Source of the DNA: Minisyncoccota bacterium
GTDB lineage: Bacteria; Patescibacteriota; Minisyncoccia; Phycocordibacterales; Phycocordibacteraceae
Reading direction: 5' to 3'
Assembly (NCBI GenBank): GCA_035627655.1
Contig: DASPLI010000001.1
Coordinates: forward strand, 398,217 to 462,216
Length of the DNA stretch: 64,000 nucleotides
Position numbers and translations under genes: made by a program. Shown here in pieces: positions 28,716 to 40,045 of the stretch (positions are counted from its first letter, which is position 1; every line of letters starts with the position of its first letter). The notes beneath the pieces are model-generated. The model was not told where the DNA came from. It ran no database searches and saw only the letters and a program-made list of their open reading frames with translations.

Positions 28716-29849
28716 ATGGCGCGCCTGCTGCTCATCGCGCTCTCGCTCGGACTCCTGCCGATCTTCTCCTATGCCGCAACATTGCAAGCAGACGAGTCGG
28801 TAGCTGTTTCCGTTTCTCCGGCAGATAACGCCTACTTGTTTGGCGCGGACGTGCAGGTTTCCGCTCCGCTGCCCGCCGACCTGCTGGCGCTTGCAGGAGA
28901 GCTCGTGGTCGCTGCGCCGGTTGCAGGAGACGCGCTTCTTGGGGGAGGGTCGGTTTCAGTCTCTGCTCCGGTTGATGGAGATATCCGTGCGCTTGGAGGC
29001 CGGCTCTCGCTTGCCGCAAATGCCGGCGGCGACATTGCCGCGCTTGGCGGAACTATTTCGATCACCGGTGCCGCTGAAGAAGTGCAAGCAGCCGGCGGTC
29101 GGGTTGAGGTAACGGGTGGTGCGCGCGGTCCGGTAACTGTCTACGGCGGGGTGGTATCTCTTGGCGGCACGTTTGACGGAAACGTACGCGTGGTCGCATC
29201 AGACCGTGTGACGCTTATCGAAGGAACGGTCATCAATGGAACGTTTGAATACAACGCGCCGCAAGAAGCAGCGATTCCCGCTTCCGCCACGATTGCTGGC
29301 GGCGCTCGTTATATCGGCTCCTCATCATTCTTGCCGTCTGCAGAAGAGGCGCGTACGTTTGCGCTTGCGGGAGTCGGCGTGCTCTTTTTGGTACGCGTCG
29401 TTGCTGGCGTACTTGCCGCTGGCTTGCTGGTCGGCCTCTTCCCGAAATTGGCAACCATGATCGTTGAGCCGACGCTTGGAACACTGAACGAGTTTATGCG
29501 CCGGTTCCTTATCGGATTTGGCGCGCTCGTGCTCACGCCCATCTTAGTCATTCTCCTACTCGCCTCATTCGTTGGTATTGGTATTGCTGCAGTCGTAGGT
29601 GCGGCATACCTCCTCCTACTTCTCTTGTCTTACCTCTATGCTGCCGCGCTTCTCGGCGCACTCCTCCTTAAGGTTGCAGGCCGCTCGCTTCGCGCGTCCT
29701 GGAAGAGCACCATTGCTGGCGTCGTGCTCCTCTACCTCCTCGGCCTTGTGCCAGGCTTTGGGTTCTTCATCGCATTCTTGCTCCTTTCTGCCGCACTCGG
29801 CGCACTCTTGTCCGTTGGGTATACGGCAGCCTTTAGTAATCGTTCCTGA
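28716..29849 (+). CDS. Membrane protein with bactofilin-like beta-helix repeats
   Basis: Signal peptide, repeated GD..A.GG.V.V units, C-terminal multi-TM region. Confidence 0.72.
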   Translation: MARLLLIALSLGLLPIFSYAATLQADESVAVSVSPADNAYLFGADVQVSAPLPADLLALAGELVVAAPVAGDALLGGGSVSVSAPVDGDIRALGGRLSLAANAGGDIAALGGTISITGAAEEVQAAGGRVEVTGGARGPVTVYGGVVSLGGTFDGNVRVVASDRVTLIEGTVINGTFEYNAPQEAAIPASATIAGGARYIGSSSFLPSAEEARTFALAGVGVLFLVRVVAGVLAAGLLVGLFPKLATMIVEPTLGTLNEFMRRFLIGFGALVLTPILVILLLASFVGIGIAAVVGAAYLLLLLLSYLYAAALLGALLLKVAGRSLRASWKSTIAGVVLLYLLGLVPGFGFFIAFLLLSAALGALLSVGYTAAFSNRS

Positions 29850-29854
29850 GATAC

Positions 29855-30523
29855 ATGGCACGCGCGAAGCAGGCAGAGCGTCAGGCACGCGCACGAAAGA
29901 TAGTTGCGTACCTGAAGAAGGCATACCCGAACCCAAAGACGGAGCTTGTGTACATGACTCCGTTTCAGCTCGTGGCATCTGTCATGCTCTCTGCTCAGTG
30001 CACGGACAAGACAGTGAACCGGGTGACGGAACCGCTATGGAAGAAGTACAAGACGCCAAAGGATTTTGCGAAGCTTTCGCCTGCCGCATTTGATAAGGAA
30101 ATAGCTTCGATATCATTCCATCGCAACAAGGCAAAGGCAGTTATTGCTGCCGCAAAGCTCCTTGAGAAAGAATTCGGAGGAAAGGTGCCAAAAACGGAGA
30201 AGGAACTGGTTCGGCTTCCGGGCGTTGCATACAAGACGGCGCACGTAATACTGGGCGAGCTGTATGATAGTTGGGAAGGCATTCCCACCGATACACATGT
30301 ACGGCGATTCGCGCTTCGCTTCGATCTCACTGATCACACGGAGCTCACGAAAATCTCCAAAGACCTTGAGGCACTAATCCCAAAGAAAGACTGGCGGTAC
30401 GTGAACAATGGACTCGTACTCTATGGTCGCTATGTATGTCCCGCGCGGCCGCATGAGTGTCTTGCGCACCCACTCACCAAGCTCTGGCCGCAGGCTGCCA
30501 AGCGCTGGCCGAAGGCGAAATAG
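29855..30523 (+). CDS. nth: Endonuclease III
   Basis: LSAQCTDKTVN, LPGVAYKTA (HhH), DTHVRR. Confidence 0.92.
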   Translation: MARAKQAERQARARKIVAYLKKAYPNPKTELVYMTPFQLVASVMLSAQCTDKTVNRVTEPLWKKYKTPKDFAKLSPAAFDKEIASISFHRNKAKAVIAAAKLLEKEFGGKVPKTEKELVRLPGVAYKTAHVILGELYDSWEGIPTDTHVRRFALRFDLTDHTELTKISKDLEALIPKKDWRYVNNGLVLYGRYVCPARPHECLAHPLTKLWPQAAKRWPKAK

Positions 30524-30571
30524 TACCAAGCAGCATTTGACGCTCCTGACGCACAGGAGTACGCTTACACT

Positions 30572-30812
30572 CAGTAAGTCCCAGCCCAGAGCAGGTCCCT
30601 TGCGGAACTCTATCGGGGGCGCCTGTAGTATCACCCGGATGTTCTCCCCGGAACTCCTAAAGTGATCTCGGGTGCATATAGATGAAGCACTGACACACCA
30701 CACGCTGGTGCGTCATTCTTGCCAGAGCTACAACTTCTGGAGCCTGCCCTCGGGCTGGGACTGAACCTTCTGATCTTTTTGAGGAAGCGCCTTATGGGCG
30801 CTTTTCTTATTT
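30572..30812 (+). ncRNA. Putative structured ncRNA (multi-way junction; 6S-like size)
   Basis: TTGACG-17-TACGCT promoter; closing helix AGTCCCAGCCC(30577-87)/GGGCTGGGACT(30752-62); terminator AAGCGCC/GGCGCTT plus T-run. Confidence 0.62.
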
Positions 30813-30826
30813 GCTACCATGGAGAC

Positions 30827-31516
30827 ATGGACCCTCGCCCCGTGGCCGTGTTCGATATAGACGGCACTCTGTTTCGCTCATCGCTCGTACTTGAGCTCAC
30901 CGAAGAACTTATCCAGCGCGGCATTTTCCCGCACGAAGCACGCTCCATTTACGAGGGCGCGAAAGAAGACTGGCAGAACCGCAAAGGGGAGTATGAACCG
31001 TTTATTCGAAACGTTGTGAAAGCGTTTGCTACCTATGCTAAGGGCGCATTGTTTGAAGAGGTATCCAATATCGCGGGAGAAATCATTGAATCGCACAAAG
31101 ATCGCGTCTATCGCTACACTCGCGACCTGGCGCACGCATACAAAGACAAAGGGTATTACCTGCTTGCCATTTCGCACTCGCCCAAGTTTATTGTCGACGG
31201 GTTTGCTTTTGAGCTCGGGTTCGATAAATCGTACGGCACCTACTATGAGACCGGCGCCTCGGATCGGTTTACCGGCACCATTCTCGACGAGCACCTCATC
31301 ATGAATAAGGCGAACATCCTCAAGCGCGCCGTCGAGAAGCATGAGCTTTCGCTTCACGGGTCTGTCGGCGTCGGAGATACGGAAAGCGACATCTCCATGC
31401 TCACTATGGTTGAAACACCTATCGCGTTCAATCCAAACCGCGCGCTCTATCGCCACGCGCTTCAGCACAACTGGAAGATCGTCGTCGAGAGAAAGGATGT
31501 CATCTACGAACTCTAA
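30827..31516 (+). CDS. HAD-IB family hydrolase (SerB-like)
   Basis: FDIDGT motif I, GDTESD motif IV, FNP. Confidence 0.9.
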   Translation: MDPRPVAVFDIDGTLFRSSLVLELTEELIQRGIFPHEARSIYEGAKEDWQNRKGEYEPFIRNVVKAFATYAKGALFEEVSNIAGEIIESHKDRVYRYTRDLAHAYKDKGYYLLAISHSPKFIVDGFAFELGFDKSYGTYYETGASDRFTGTILDEHLIMNKANILKRAVEKHELSLHGSVGVGDTESDISMLTMVETPIAFNPNRALYRHALQHNWKIVVERKDVIYEL

Positions 31517-32321
31517 AGTACTCCGATTCCGAGAGACAGTACTCGACCACTACAAACGCCTCGGGCGTCATGCGCTCCCGTGGCGGAAGCATCATGATCC
31601 ATATCGCGTACTCGTCTCGGAGGTTATGCTGCAGCAAACGCAGGTAGAGCGCGTCATTCCGTACTTTGAGGAGTGGTTCCGTCTCTTTCCGACCGTTGAG
31701 ACGCTTGCTAAGGCTCCGCTCGCCAAAGTACTGCGAGCTTGGCAAGGTCTCGGCTACAACCGCCGCGCCAAGCATCTCCACGCCGCAGCAAAAGCGGTCG
31801 TGAAGGACCATAAGGGTGTCTTTCCGAAAACGCCGGAAGAGCTTGAAGCTCTTCCCGGGATCGGGCCGTATACCGCACGCGCGGTAGCGGCTTTCGCGTA
31901 TAACCAGGACGTGGTGTTTATTGAAACGAATATCCGCACGGTAGTGACGCATCATTTCTTTCCTGGTGCGGGGAAGGTGGACGACAAAGAGATCATGCCG
32001 CTTCTCCAAGAGGCACTCCCGAAGGGTCGTGCACGCGAATGGTATTCAGCGCTCATGGACTACGGAAGCCATCTGAAGCGCTCCGGTATTCGTATCAATG
32101 CTCGCGCCAAGTCGTACACCAAGCAGTCCACTTTTGCCGGAAGTAGCCGCGAAGCGCGTGGCGCCATTCTCAAAGCGCTTGCCAAGGGTCCGCGAGATAG
32201 CGCCTTTCTTATAGAAATTCTTGGCCCGTCACGGCGGACACAGGTGAAGAGTCAGCTGGCGACACTTACCAAAGAGGGAATGATCGAGCTTGCGGGAGGG
32301 AGGTTTCGCCTTCCACGATAA
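31497..32321 (+). CDS. mutY: A/G-specific adenine glycosylase (short MutY)
   Basis: LPWR, VSEVMLQQTQV, WQGLGYNRRA, LPGIGPYTA. Confidence 0.9.
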   Translation: MSSTNSKVLRFRETVLDHYKRLGRHALPWRKHHDPYRVLVSEVMLQQTQVERVIPYFEEWFRLFPTVETLAKAPLAKVLRAWQGLGYNRRAKHLHAAAKAVVKDHKGVFPKTPEELEALPGIGPYTARAVAAFAYNQDVVFIETNIRTVVTHHFFPGAGKVDDKEIMPLLQEALPKGRAREWYSALMDYGSHLKRSGIRINARAKSYTKQSTFAGSSREARGAILKALAKGPRDSAFLIEILGPSRRTQVKSQLATLTKEGMIELAGGRFRLPR

Positions 32322-32356
32322 GAAAGCGCGGCGTCCAGGGGACGCCGCGCCGTAGT

Positions 32357-32554
32357 TCAGGAGATCTCAACGACATTTATGTCGATCGACTCGATGTCGT
32401 AGACACCTTCGTCGTCGGTCATGTCAGGATCGCCGCCATCATCCTCGTCTTTGCCAACAACGTTGACTATGATGAGGTCTTTCAGGCGTTGCGGGTTTGT
32501 TTCAACCCACGATTTGATGAGATCAAACGCTTGTTCTTCAAGCGACTTGGCCAT
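32357..32554 (-). CDS. Small acidic orphan protein
   Basis: AAAGGAGG SD; 65 aa, D/E-rich C-terminal half. Confidence 0.6.
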   Translation of the reverse strand: MAKSLEEQAFDLIKSWVETNPQRLKDLIIVNVVGKDEDDGGDPDMTDDEGVYDIESIDINVVEIS

Positions 32555-32649
32555 GCATGCCTCCTTTCCTACGTGCTGAATATACCACATAAATATATAA
32601 AAAGCAAGCCGCCGCTTGGGGCGGCGACGTGCTTGTGTGATAGATCTGG

Positions 32650-34536
32650 TTAGACGCCGATCAGTACCGGGATCACCATCGGTGCTTTATTGGTCCTCGA
32701 GAAGAGGAAGCCAGCCATGGTGTCGGTAAGCTGATTCTTCACGTAGTCGAGATCGACTGGGTTCATGCCGCGGGTCGTGTCTTCGACGGTCTTCTTGATG
32801 AGAAGACGAGCCTGATTCAACAGGTCCTGCGATTCGCGCAGATACACGAAGCCGCGGGAAATGATGTCCGGCGACTTCCGGAGCTTGCCGGTCTTCAGGT
32901 GCACGGTTGCAATGATGACGAACATGCCGTCCTTCGCGAGCGCCTGACGATCGCGGATCACTACCTCCTGCATATCGCCGATAGCAAAGCCGTCAACGAT
33001 AAGCGGGGAAGATGGAACCTTCTCCTTGTGGATGTTGAGGGTCTTGCCTTCGATCATGTCGATCACCATGCCGTTATCGGCAACGATGATTTCTTCGCGC
33101 GGGCGCCCGGCCTGCTCGACTGCCTTTGCGTGGCATGAGGTCATCGAGTAGTAGCCGTAGGCAGGCATGAAGAACTTCGCGCCGACCTGCTGGTTGATCC
33201 AGACGAGCTCGCCTGAGTTTCCGTGTCCGGTCGAGTGCACGTCGGATGAGCGGTAGTGGATTAGGGTGACGCCGTTGCGGTAGAGGTTGTCCTTGAGGCG
33301 CTGCACGTTGATCTCGTTGCCGGGAATCACGGACGAGGAGAGCACGATCGTGTCGCGATTGGTAAGCGTGATCGACTTGTGCTGCTTGGTTGCGATGCGC
33401 ATAAGCGCGGCAAATTCCTCGCCCTGCGCGCCGGTCGCAAGAATTACGATCTTGTCGGCAGGGTAGTCGCCGATTTCCTGTGCGGGAATAACGGTCGACT
33501 TATCAACCTTCAAGAGACCGGTCTTCTGTGCGATCTCAAGGTTCGTGCGGATCGAGCGGCCTTCAAGCACGACCTTCTTACCAAGCTTCTCGGAAACCTG
33601 GATGATGTGCACCATGCGCTCAAACTGAGACGCAAAGGTGCCGATAATGAGACGTCCCGAGACCGTCTTGATGATGTCTTCAAGCGTCTGGTGGACTTTC
33701 TTTTCCGGTACGGAGAAGCCGTCGCGTTCCGCATTCGTGGAGTCGGCGATGAAGATAAGGTTGTTGTCCTTACCGATCTCGCCCCACTTCTTCGCTTCAT
33801 GCTCGGCAGGAACCCCATTCTCGTGGTCGAGCTTGAGGTCGCCGGTTGCAACGACGTTGCCCCACGGCGTCTCAATTGAGATGCCCATGGAATCTGGAAT
33901 CGAGTGGGTCACCGGGAAGAACTTCACGCGATGCGATCCGATGGTGACCGTTGAGTTTGGCTCAACGACGCGCAGATCGAGTTTCGGCATCTCAGGATAT
34001 TCTTCTTGGCGCTTGGCGATCATGACCGCAGAAAGGTTCTGGGTGTAGATCGGCGGATTGCCGAAGCGGCCCATTAGAAATGGAATGCCGCCGATATGGT
34101 CGAGGTGGCCGTGCGTGATGAAGACTGCGCGGACGCGATCCTGGTTCACCTCAAGATACTTCGTGTTCGGGAGTACGTAGTCGATACCCGGGTTGGAGTC
34201 TTCTGATACGAACTGGAAGCCCGCATCGCAGACGAAGATGTCATTGCCGCTTTCAACGGCGAACATGTTGCGACCCACTTCCTCAACGCCACCAAGTGGA
34301 ATGACGCGCACCGTCTTTTCATCGACGGGTGCAGGGAAGTAGTCGGCACGAGGCTTCGGAGCCGCCGTATTGCTTGGCGGGCGGCGCATGCCGCGATCCC
34401 GTCCGCCGCGACCGCGACCGCGTGAGCGATCACGAGAGCCGCGTCCTGGACGGCGATCTCCATCACGCCGTGGTGGGCGTGAGCTGGGGGCTGGCCGCGA
34501 CATCGGGGCCGGAGCCGGAGCTGGTGCTGGAGTCAT
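32650..34536 (-). CDS. rnj: Ribonuclease J
   Basis: PLGGVEEVGRNM, THGHLDHIGG, DSTNA, HSTGH, SRGFVY. Confidence 0.95.
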   Translation of the reverse strand: MTPAPAPAPAPMSRPAPSSRPPRRDGDRRPGRGSRDRSRGRGRGGRDRGMRRPPSNTAAPKPRADYFPAPVDEKTVRVIPLGGVEEVGRNMFAVESGNDIFVCDAGFQFVSEDSNPGIDYVLPNTKYLEVNQDRVRAVFITHGHLDHIGGIPFLMGRFGNPPIYTQNLSAVMIAKRQEEYPEMPKLDLRVVEPNSTVTIGSHRVKFFPVTHSIPDSMGISIETPWGNVVATGDLKLDHENGVPAEHEAKKWGEIGKDNNLIFIADSTNAERDGFSVPEKKVHQTLEDIIKTVSGRLIIGTFASQFERMVHIIQVSEKLGKKVVLEGRSIRTNLEIAQKTGLLKVDKSTVIPAQEIGDYPADKIVILATGAQGEEFAALMRIATKQHKSITLTNRDTIVLSSSVIPGNEINVQRLKDNLYRNGVTLIHYRSSDVHSTGHGNSGELVWINQQVGAKFFMPAYGYYSMTSCHAKAVEQAGRPREEIIVADNGMVIDMIEGKTLNIHKEKVPSSPLIVDGFAIGDMQEVVIRDRQALAKDGMFVIIATVHLKTGKLRKSPDIISRGFVYLRESQDLLNQARLLIKKTVEDTTRGMNPVDLDYVKNQLTDTMAGFLFSRTNKAPMVIPVLIGV

Positions 34537-34633
34537 AAACCTAAATAAAGTTTAATTCTTACTAATTGTTTGCACATGCACTGACGTGCAATCGATAACC
34601 CAGAGCTACTCGTACTATACCAGTAGCCCCGCG

Positions 34634-36331
34634 CTAGCGACTATTCGCCAGAAACGGCCATACCGCTTCCGTATGCCGATACCAGAACGCCGCAGTCAGG
34701 AACCGGTCGGACGGTTCTGAAACGGTACCCAGCACCACCCCCTGCACATCCTCTGGAAGCGAATAGAGGAAGGCCGGCGCATGGGTGAATGCGGCAGGGT
34801 AGTCAGCGGCAATGAGATCGTTGAGTTCTTGCAGGTCGTGCGCTCTTGTGGCCGGATCCGTATCGGTCCGGATTTTCTCAAGCAAGTCATCAACCGATCG
34901 ATTAGCATACAGTGCCACATTAAGGCCTGGGTCATTGCGCTGAGATGAATCCCAAAACGCGAAGAGATCCTGGTCTTTCCCAACTACCATACCAAACAGC
35001 AGTGCTTCGTAGTTGCGCGGACGAATCACGTTCACGATGAGGTCGTTCGGATCGTGCAGCTCGACGGTAGTTTCAATGCCGACCTGCTCGAAGTCGGAAC
35101 GTACCTGTTCGGCAATCGCGCGAAGCTCGGGCACGTTTGCCGTTGCAAGCGTTACCGAAAGCGTTGCTCCATCATTCGTCCAGGCGCGTGCCGCAGCATC
35201 ATAGTTCCAGTCATTACGCTCAAGGGTATCGGCCGCAAGCGTGGTCGGGTCTCCTTCCGGAGTGGTTGTTGCGGAGATAAGGCCGGGCGGCACCGGTCCA
35301 GTTGCAACCTGGCCATACCCGCCAAGCATCTGTGCGATCAGTGCCTCTCGATCAATGGCTTGGGAAAGCGCTTTACGTACTTCGATCTTCTGGAAATTCG
35401 GATTCTTCGACGCGTTGAAGAAGATACCGAAGACGCGTGAGTACGGTGCGGTGCGCGCCTCAGGTCCCGGAATACCCTGTGCGCTTTCAACGCGTCCGCG
35501 AAGCAGTGCTTCGCGCAGATCCTCTTCCGTATCGAAGTACACGAACGTCATGCGTGAGAGATACGGGTGTCCAAGCGCGTAGAAGCGGTTGGCAGCAAGC
35601 TCGTACCGCTCGATGATGCCATTCTTGTCGCGTATAACGCCCACAACCTTGAAGGGTCCTGCGCCCACCGGTTCCGTCATGTACGGCGAGAACGGAAATT
35701 CCTCGTTCGTAATATTTCTCCAGATGCGCGCCGGCAGGATGCCGAGCGTCGCGTCTTCAAGAAACGGCGCGTACGCTTTCGGAAGCGTGAATCGCACGGT
35801 GCGCGCATCAACCGCCTCAGCGCGGATATTCGCCCAGTCGGCGAGGCGCGGAGACAGGAGTCCCGGATCCTGTGCTTTCATAACCGTGAACACCACGTCG
35901 TCTGCCGTTACCGGCGTGCCGTCAGAGAAGCGGACCGTATCTCGAAGGCGGAAGGTATACACCTTGCCGTCCTCAGAGATTTCGTAGCTTTCCGCAAGCA
36001 CGGGAGCGAGAACGCCATCCTGGTCGTAGCCCATAAGACCGGCGTATGTGAGCGTGGCAAGATCGCGGTCTGCATCCGTAAGCGCAAGCAGCGGATTGAT
36101 AAATCGCGGATGCCCTTCAACACCTTCGGTCAGCTGTCCGCCCCGGCTTGGCACATCAACGAGAAACTGCCGCTCAAACGCATAAACGCCTGCAAGCGCG
36201 ATACCGGCAAGCACAAGCGCAAGCACGCCTGCGATTAGGCGGTCACCCGGAGACAATGACGCAACGCGCGACGAGAGCTTCGTGGGTAGTTTCGGAGTGC
36301 GAAAGGTAGGGAGGTCGGGAAGCCGCCTCAT
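34634..36331 (-). CDS. ABC transporter substrate-binding protein (family 5, peptide/nickel)
   Basis: PVLAESYEISEDGKVYTFRLR..FSDGTPVTADDVVFT; PVGAGPF. Confidence 0.9.
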   Translation of the reverse strand: MRRLPDLPTFRTPKLPTKLSSRVASLSPGDRLIAGVLALVLAGIALAGVYAFERQFLVDVPSRGGQLTEGVEGHPRFINPLLALTDADRDLATLTYAGLMGYDQDGVLAPVLAESYEISEDGKVYTFRLRDTVRFSDGTPVTADDVVFTVMKAQDPGLLSPRLADWANIRAEAVDARTVRFTLPKAYAPFLEDATLGILPARIWRNITNEEFPFSPYMTEPVGAGPFKVVGVIRDKNGIIERYELAANRFYALGHPYLSRMTFVYFDTEEDLREALLRGRVESAQGIPGPEARTAPYSRVFGIFFNASKNPNFQKIEVRKALSQAIDREALIAQMLGGYGQVATGPVPPGLISATTTPEGDPTTLAADTLERNDWNYDAAARAWTNDGATLSVTLATANVPELRAIAEQVRSDFEQVGIETTVELHDPNDLIVNVIRPRNYEALLFGMVVGKDQDLFAFWDSSQRNDPGLNVALYANRSVDDLLEKIRTDTDPATRAHDLQELNDLIAADYPAAFTHAPAFLYSLPEDVQGVVLGTVSEPSDRFLTAAFWYRHTEAVWPFLANSR

Positions 36332-36342
36332 AAGAGTGGGTT

Positions 36343-36573
36343 CTAGATGAGGAACCCGGCAATAGCGGTAAGTACGAAGAGTACGGCGATCACTATGGTC
36401 GCCTGGAAAAGGAATTTTTCAGCGCCCCGGCGCTTGTAAAACGTCGAAGCGAAGTTGTCGCCTCCAAAAGCTCCTCCAAGGGATGCGCCGCGGTTTTGCA
36501 GCACAATACCTGCGATGAGGAGAAGGGAGAGGACGATCTCTGCGTACGGCAATATTGCCTTGAGTGTCTCCAT
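36343..36573 (-). CDS. secG: Preprotein translocase subunit SecG
   Basis: IVLQNRGASLGGAFGG..RRGAEKFL..TIV. Confidence 0.9.
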   Translation of the reverse strand: METLKAILPYAEIVLSLLLIAGIVLQNRGASLGGAFGGDNFASTFYKRRGAEKFLFQATIVIAVLFVLTAIAGFLI

Positions 36574-36626
36574 CTGTAGCCGGAAGCATAGCATACCGGG
36601 GTCAGGGGAGGCAATTACCCCACACA

Positions 36627-36654
36627 TTGACTTATATAAATAAGTATGTATACT
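36627..36654 (+). promoter_or_regulatory. Sigma-70 promoter of cassette 1
   Basis: TTGACT-16-TATACT with AT-rich spacer. Confidence 0.7.
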
Positions 36655-36704
36655 ATTACGGGTTTCGGAACGACCGTTCCGGACGGAAACAGAGGGAAAA
36701 GAGA

Positions 36705-37001
36705 ATGGCCGAGTTGATACTCATCGGTGTCTTGGGCTTCGTCGGAGGACTCTCGTTCTTCGCGATGGTCGAGGCAATGGATGACATCTCGTTTGCAAAA
36801 GGAATCCTGCTCGCCGCGCTCATGCTATGCGCGGTCGGCGCCGCCGCTTCGCTGACGACACTCCATATCGTCAACGGCGGAGCAGTGCACACCTTCCTGC
36901 TCCCGATCCTCACTATGATCGCGGGCTTCATCCTCAACGCCACCGTGTTCACCAATATCGCGTTCTGGCTCAAGCATCGCGCCCCCTGGGCGCGCTACTA
37001 A
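36705..37001 (+). CDS. Orphan small membrane protein (3 TM)
   Basis: 98 aa hydrophobic; purine-rich SD; terminator AAACGGGCGCC..GGCGCCCGTTT. Confidence 0.7.
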   Translation: MAELILIGVLGFVGGLSFFAMVEAMDDISFAKGILLAALMLCAVGAAASLTTLHIVNGGAVHTFLLPILTMIAGFILNATVFTNIAFWLKHRAPWARY

Positions 37002-37066
37002 GGCTTCTGACGCACAACCCGCAAAACGGGCGCCCCCAAGGCGCCCGTTTCTTTATCCCTACGCAC

Positions 37067-37095
37067 TTGACAGCATATTATAAATATGGTAGCAT
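37067..37095 (+). promoter_or_regulatory. Sigma-70 promoter of cassette 2
   Basis: TTGACA-17-TAGCAT with extended -10 TG. Confidence 0.75.
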
Positions 37096-37147
37096 ATATA
37101 CAGCCTGCCCCAGGATAAAGGGGGTGTTCCAACCAGAGGAGGGTCTC

Positions 37148-37465
37148 ATGACTCTTGCTGAAATTGTTGCTTCTTGGCCAATCCTGACGGCGTTCGCCAT
37201 CTCCGGCGGCGCCCTGCTTGTGACCGGCATTCGCCTGCTGACGCATCCGCCCGATGTCATCTGGGCCCACCTTGGGTGGTTCCTGATCGGTGTCGTGGCG
37301 GCGGTCGTCGGCGGCGTGCAGATGGACACGTTCTATCAATCGTTCGGCCTGTTCGCGATCGGCCTCTCGGTCGCCGCGTTCATGGCTGGCATGATCGTGA
37401 TGGTCGTGTTCGGTCTCATCTGGGACGTCGCCGCGGAATTTGTCGCGGACCGTCTGCCAGGCTAG
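37148..37465 (+). CDS. Orphan small membrane protein (3 TM)
   Basis: 105 aa hydrophobic; GAGGAGG SD. Confidence 0.7.
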   Translation: MTLAEIVASWPILTAFAISGGALLVTGIRLLTHPPDVIWAHLGWFLIGVVAAVVGGVQMDTFYQSFGLFAIGLSVAAFMAGMIVMVVFGLIWDVAAEFVADRLPG

Positions 37466-37496
37466 TCGGCTAAAACGGCAACGTATGGAATAACAA

Positions 37497-37520
37497 GGCG
37501 CCCCAGACTACCGGGGCGCC
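37497..37520 (+). repeat. 24-bp terminator hairpin, identical copy inverted at 41303-41326
   Basis: GGCGCCCCAGACTACCGGGGCGCC. Confidence 0.85.
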
Positions 37521-37529
37521 TTTTCGTAT

Positions 37530-37558
37530 TTGACATATATACGATACTGTGGTATCGT
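37530..37558 (+). promoter_or_regulatory. Sigma-70 promoter of cassette 3
   Basis: TTGACA-17-TATCGT with extended -10 TG. Confidence 0.75.
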
Positions 37559-37608
37559 ATTACCGACGTCCCAAGCTATGGGGACCTGTCCTTCAGAAGG
37601 GGAAATAC

Positions 37609-37920
37609 ATGACTCCTGAAAGTATGCAGGTGTTTGCTGTCGTAGGCGGTGCTGTCGCGACCATCCATGGGTGGTTTGCTCTGACGACGTTTTTCCCTTC
37701 AACGGGGAAATCGGCGCCGGGGCTCGCGGGAATGTTCACCATCGCGGGCATCTTCGTGATGCTCGCGGCACTCAATACGACGAAAGAGCTTTCGGACGCG
37801 CCCATGTACATGATTATGGGCGCGCTCATCGGCTCGGCGATCTTCGTCGCGATCTATGCGGCTGTGCACAGCGCATCGCCATATTCGCGTCGCGAACGTC
37901 GCCCGCGCAAGCGTAACTAA
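37609..37920 (+). CDS. Orphan small membrane protein (3 TM, basic tail)
   Basis: 103 aa; AAGGGG SD; terminator AAGCGGCTGTCCG..CGGGCGGCCGCTTTT. Confidence 0.7.
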   Translation: MTPESMQVFAVVGGAVATIHGWFALTTFFPSTGKSAPGLAGMFTIAGIFVMLAALNTTKELSDAPMYMIMGALIGSAIFVAIYAAVHSASPYSRRERRPRKRN

Positions 37921-38047
37921 CTGCAGAAGGAGAGAAGCGGCTGTCCGAACCCCGGGCGGCCGCTTTTTGCTTTCCGCTACATTTGATACACTCCATCCGC
38001 TACCGGCGGGCAGCCGGATTATTTAGAAATTTTACGTCTCGATATCT

Positions 38048-39989
<1,942 letters not shown>

Positions 39990-40045
39990 CCTATAAACGA
40001 GTGAAGGGCCGGGATCCTGTGTAGGATTCCCGGCCCTTTGCCGTT

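Noticed and set aside
30719-30826. N-terminal extension of the HAD ORF
   Set aside because: Runs through the ncRNA and terminator; the ATG at 30827 has its own -10
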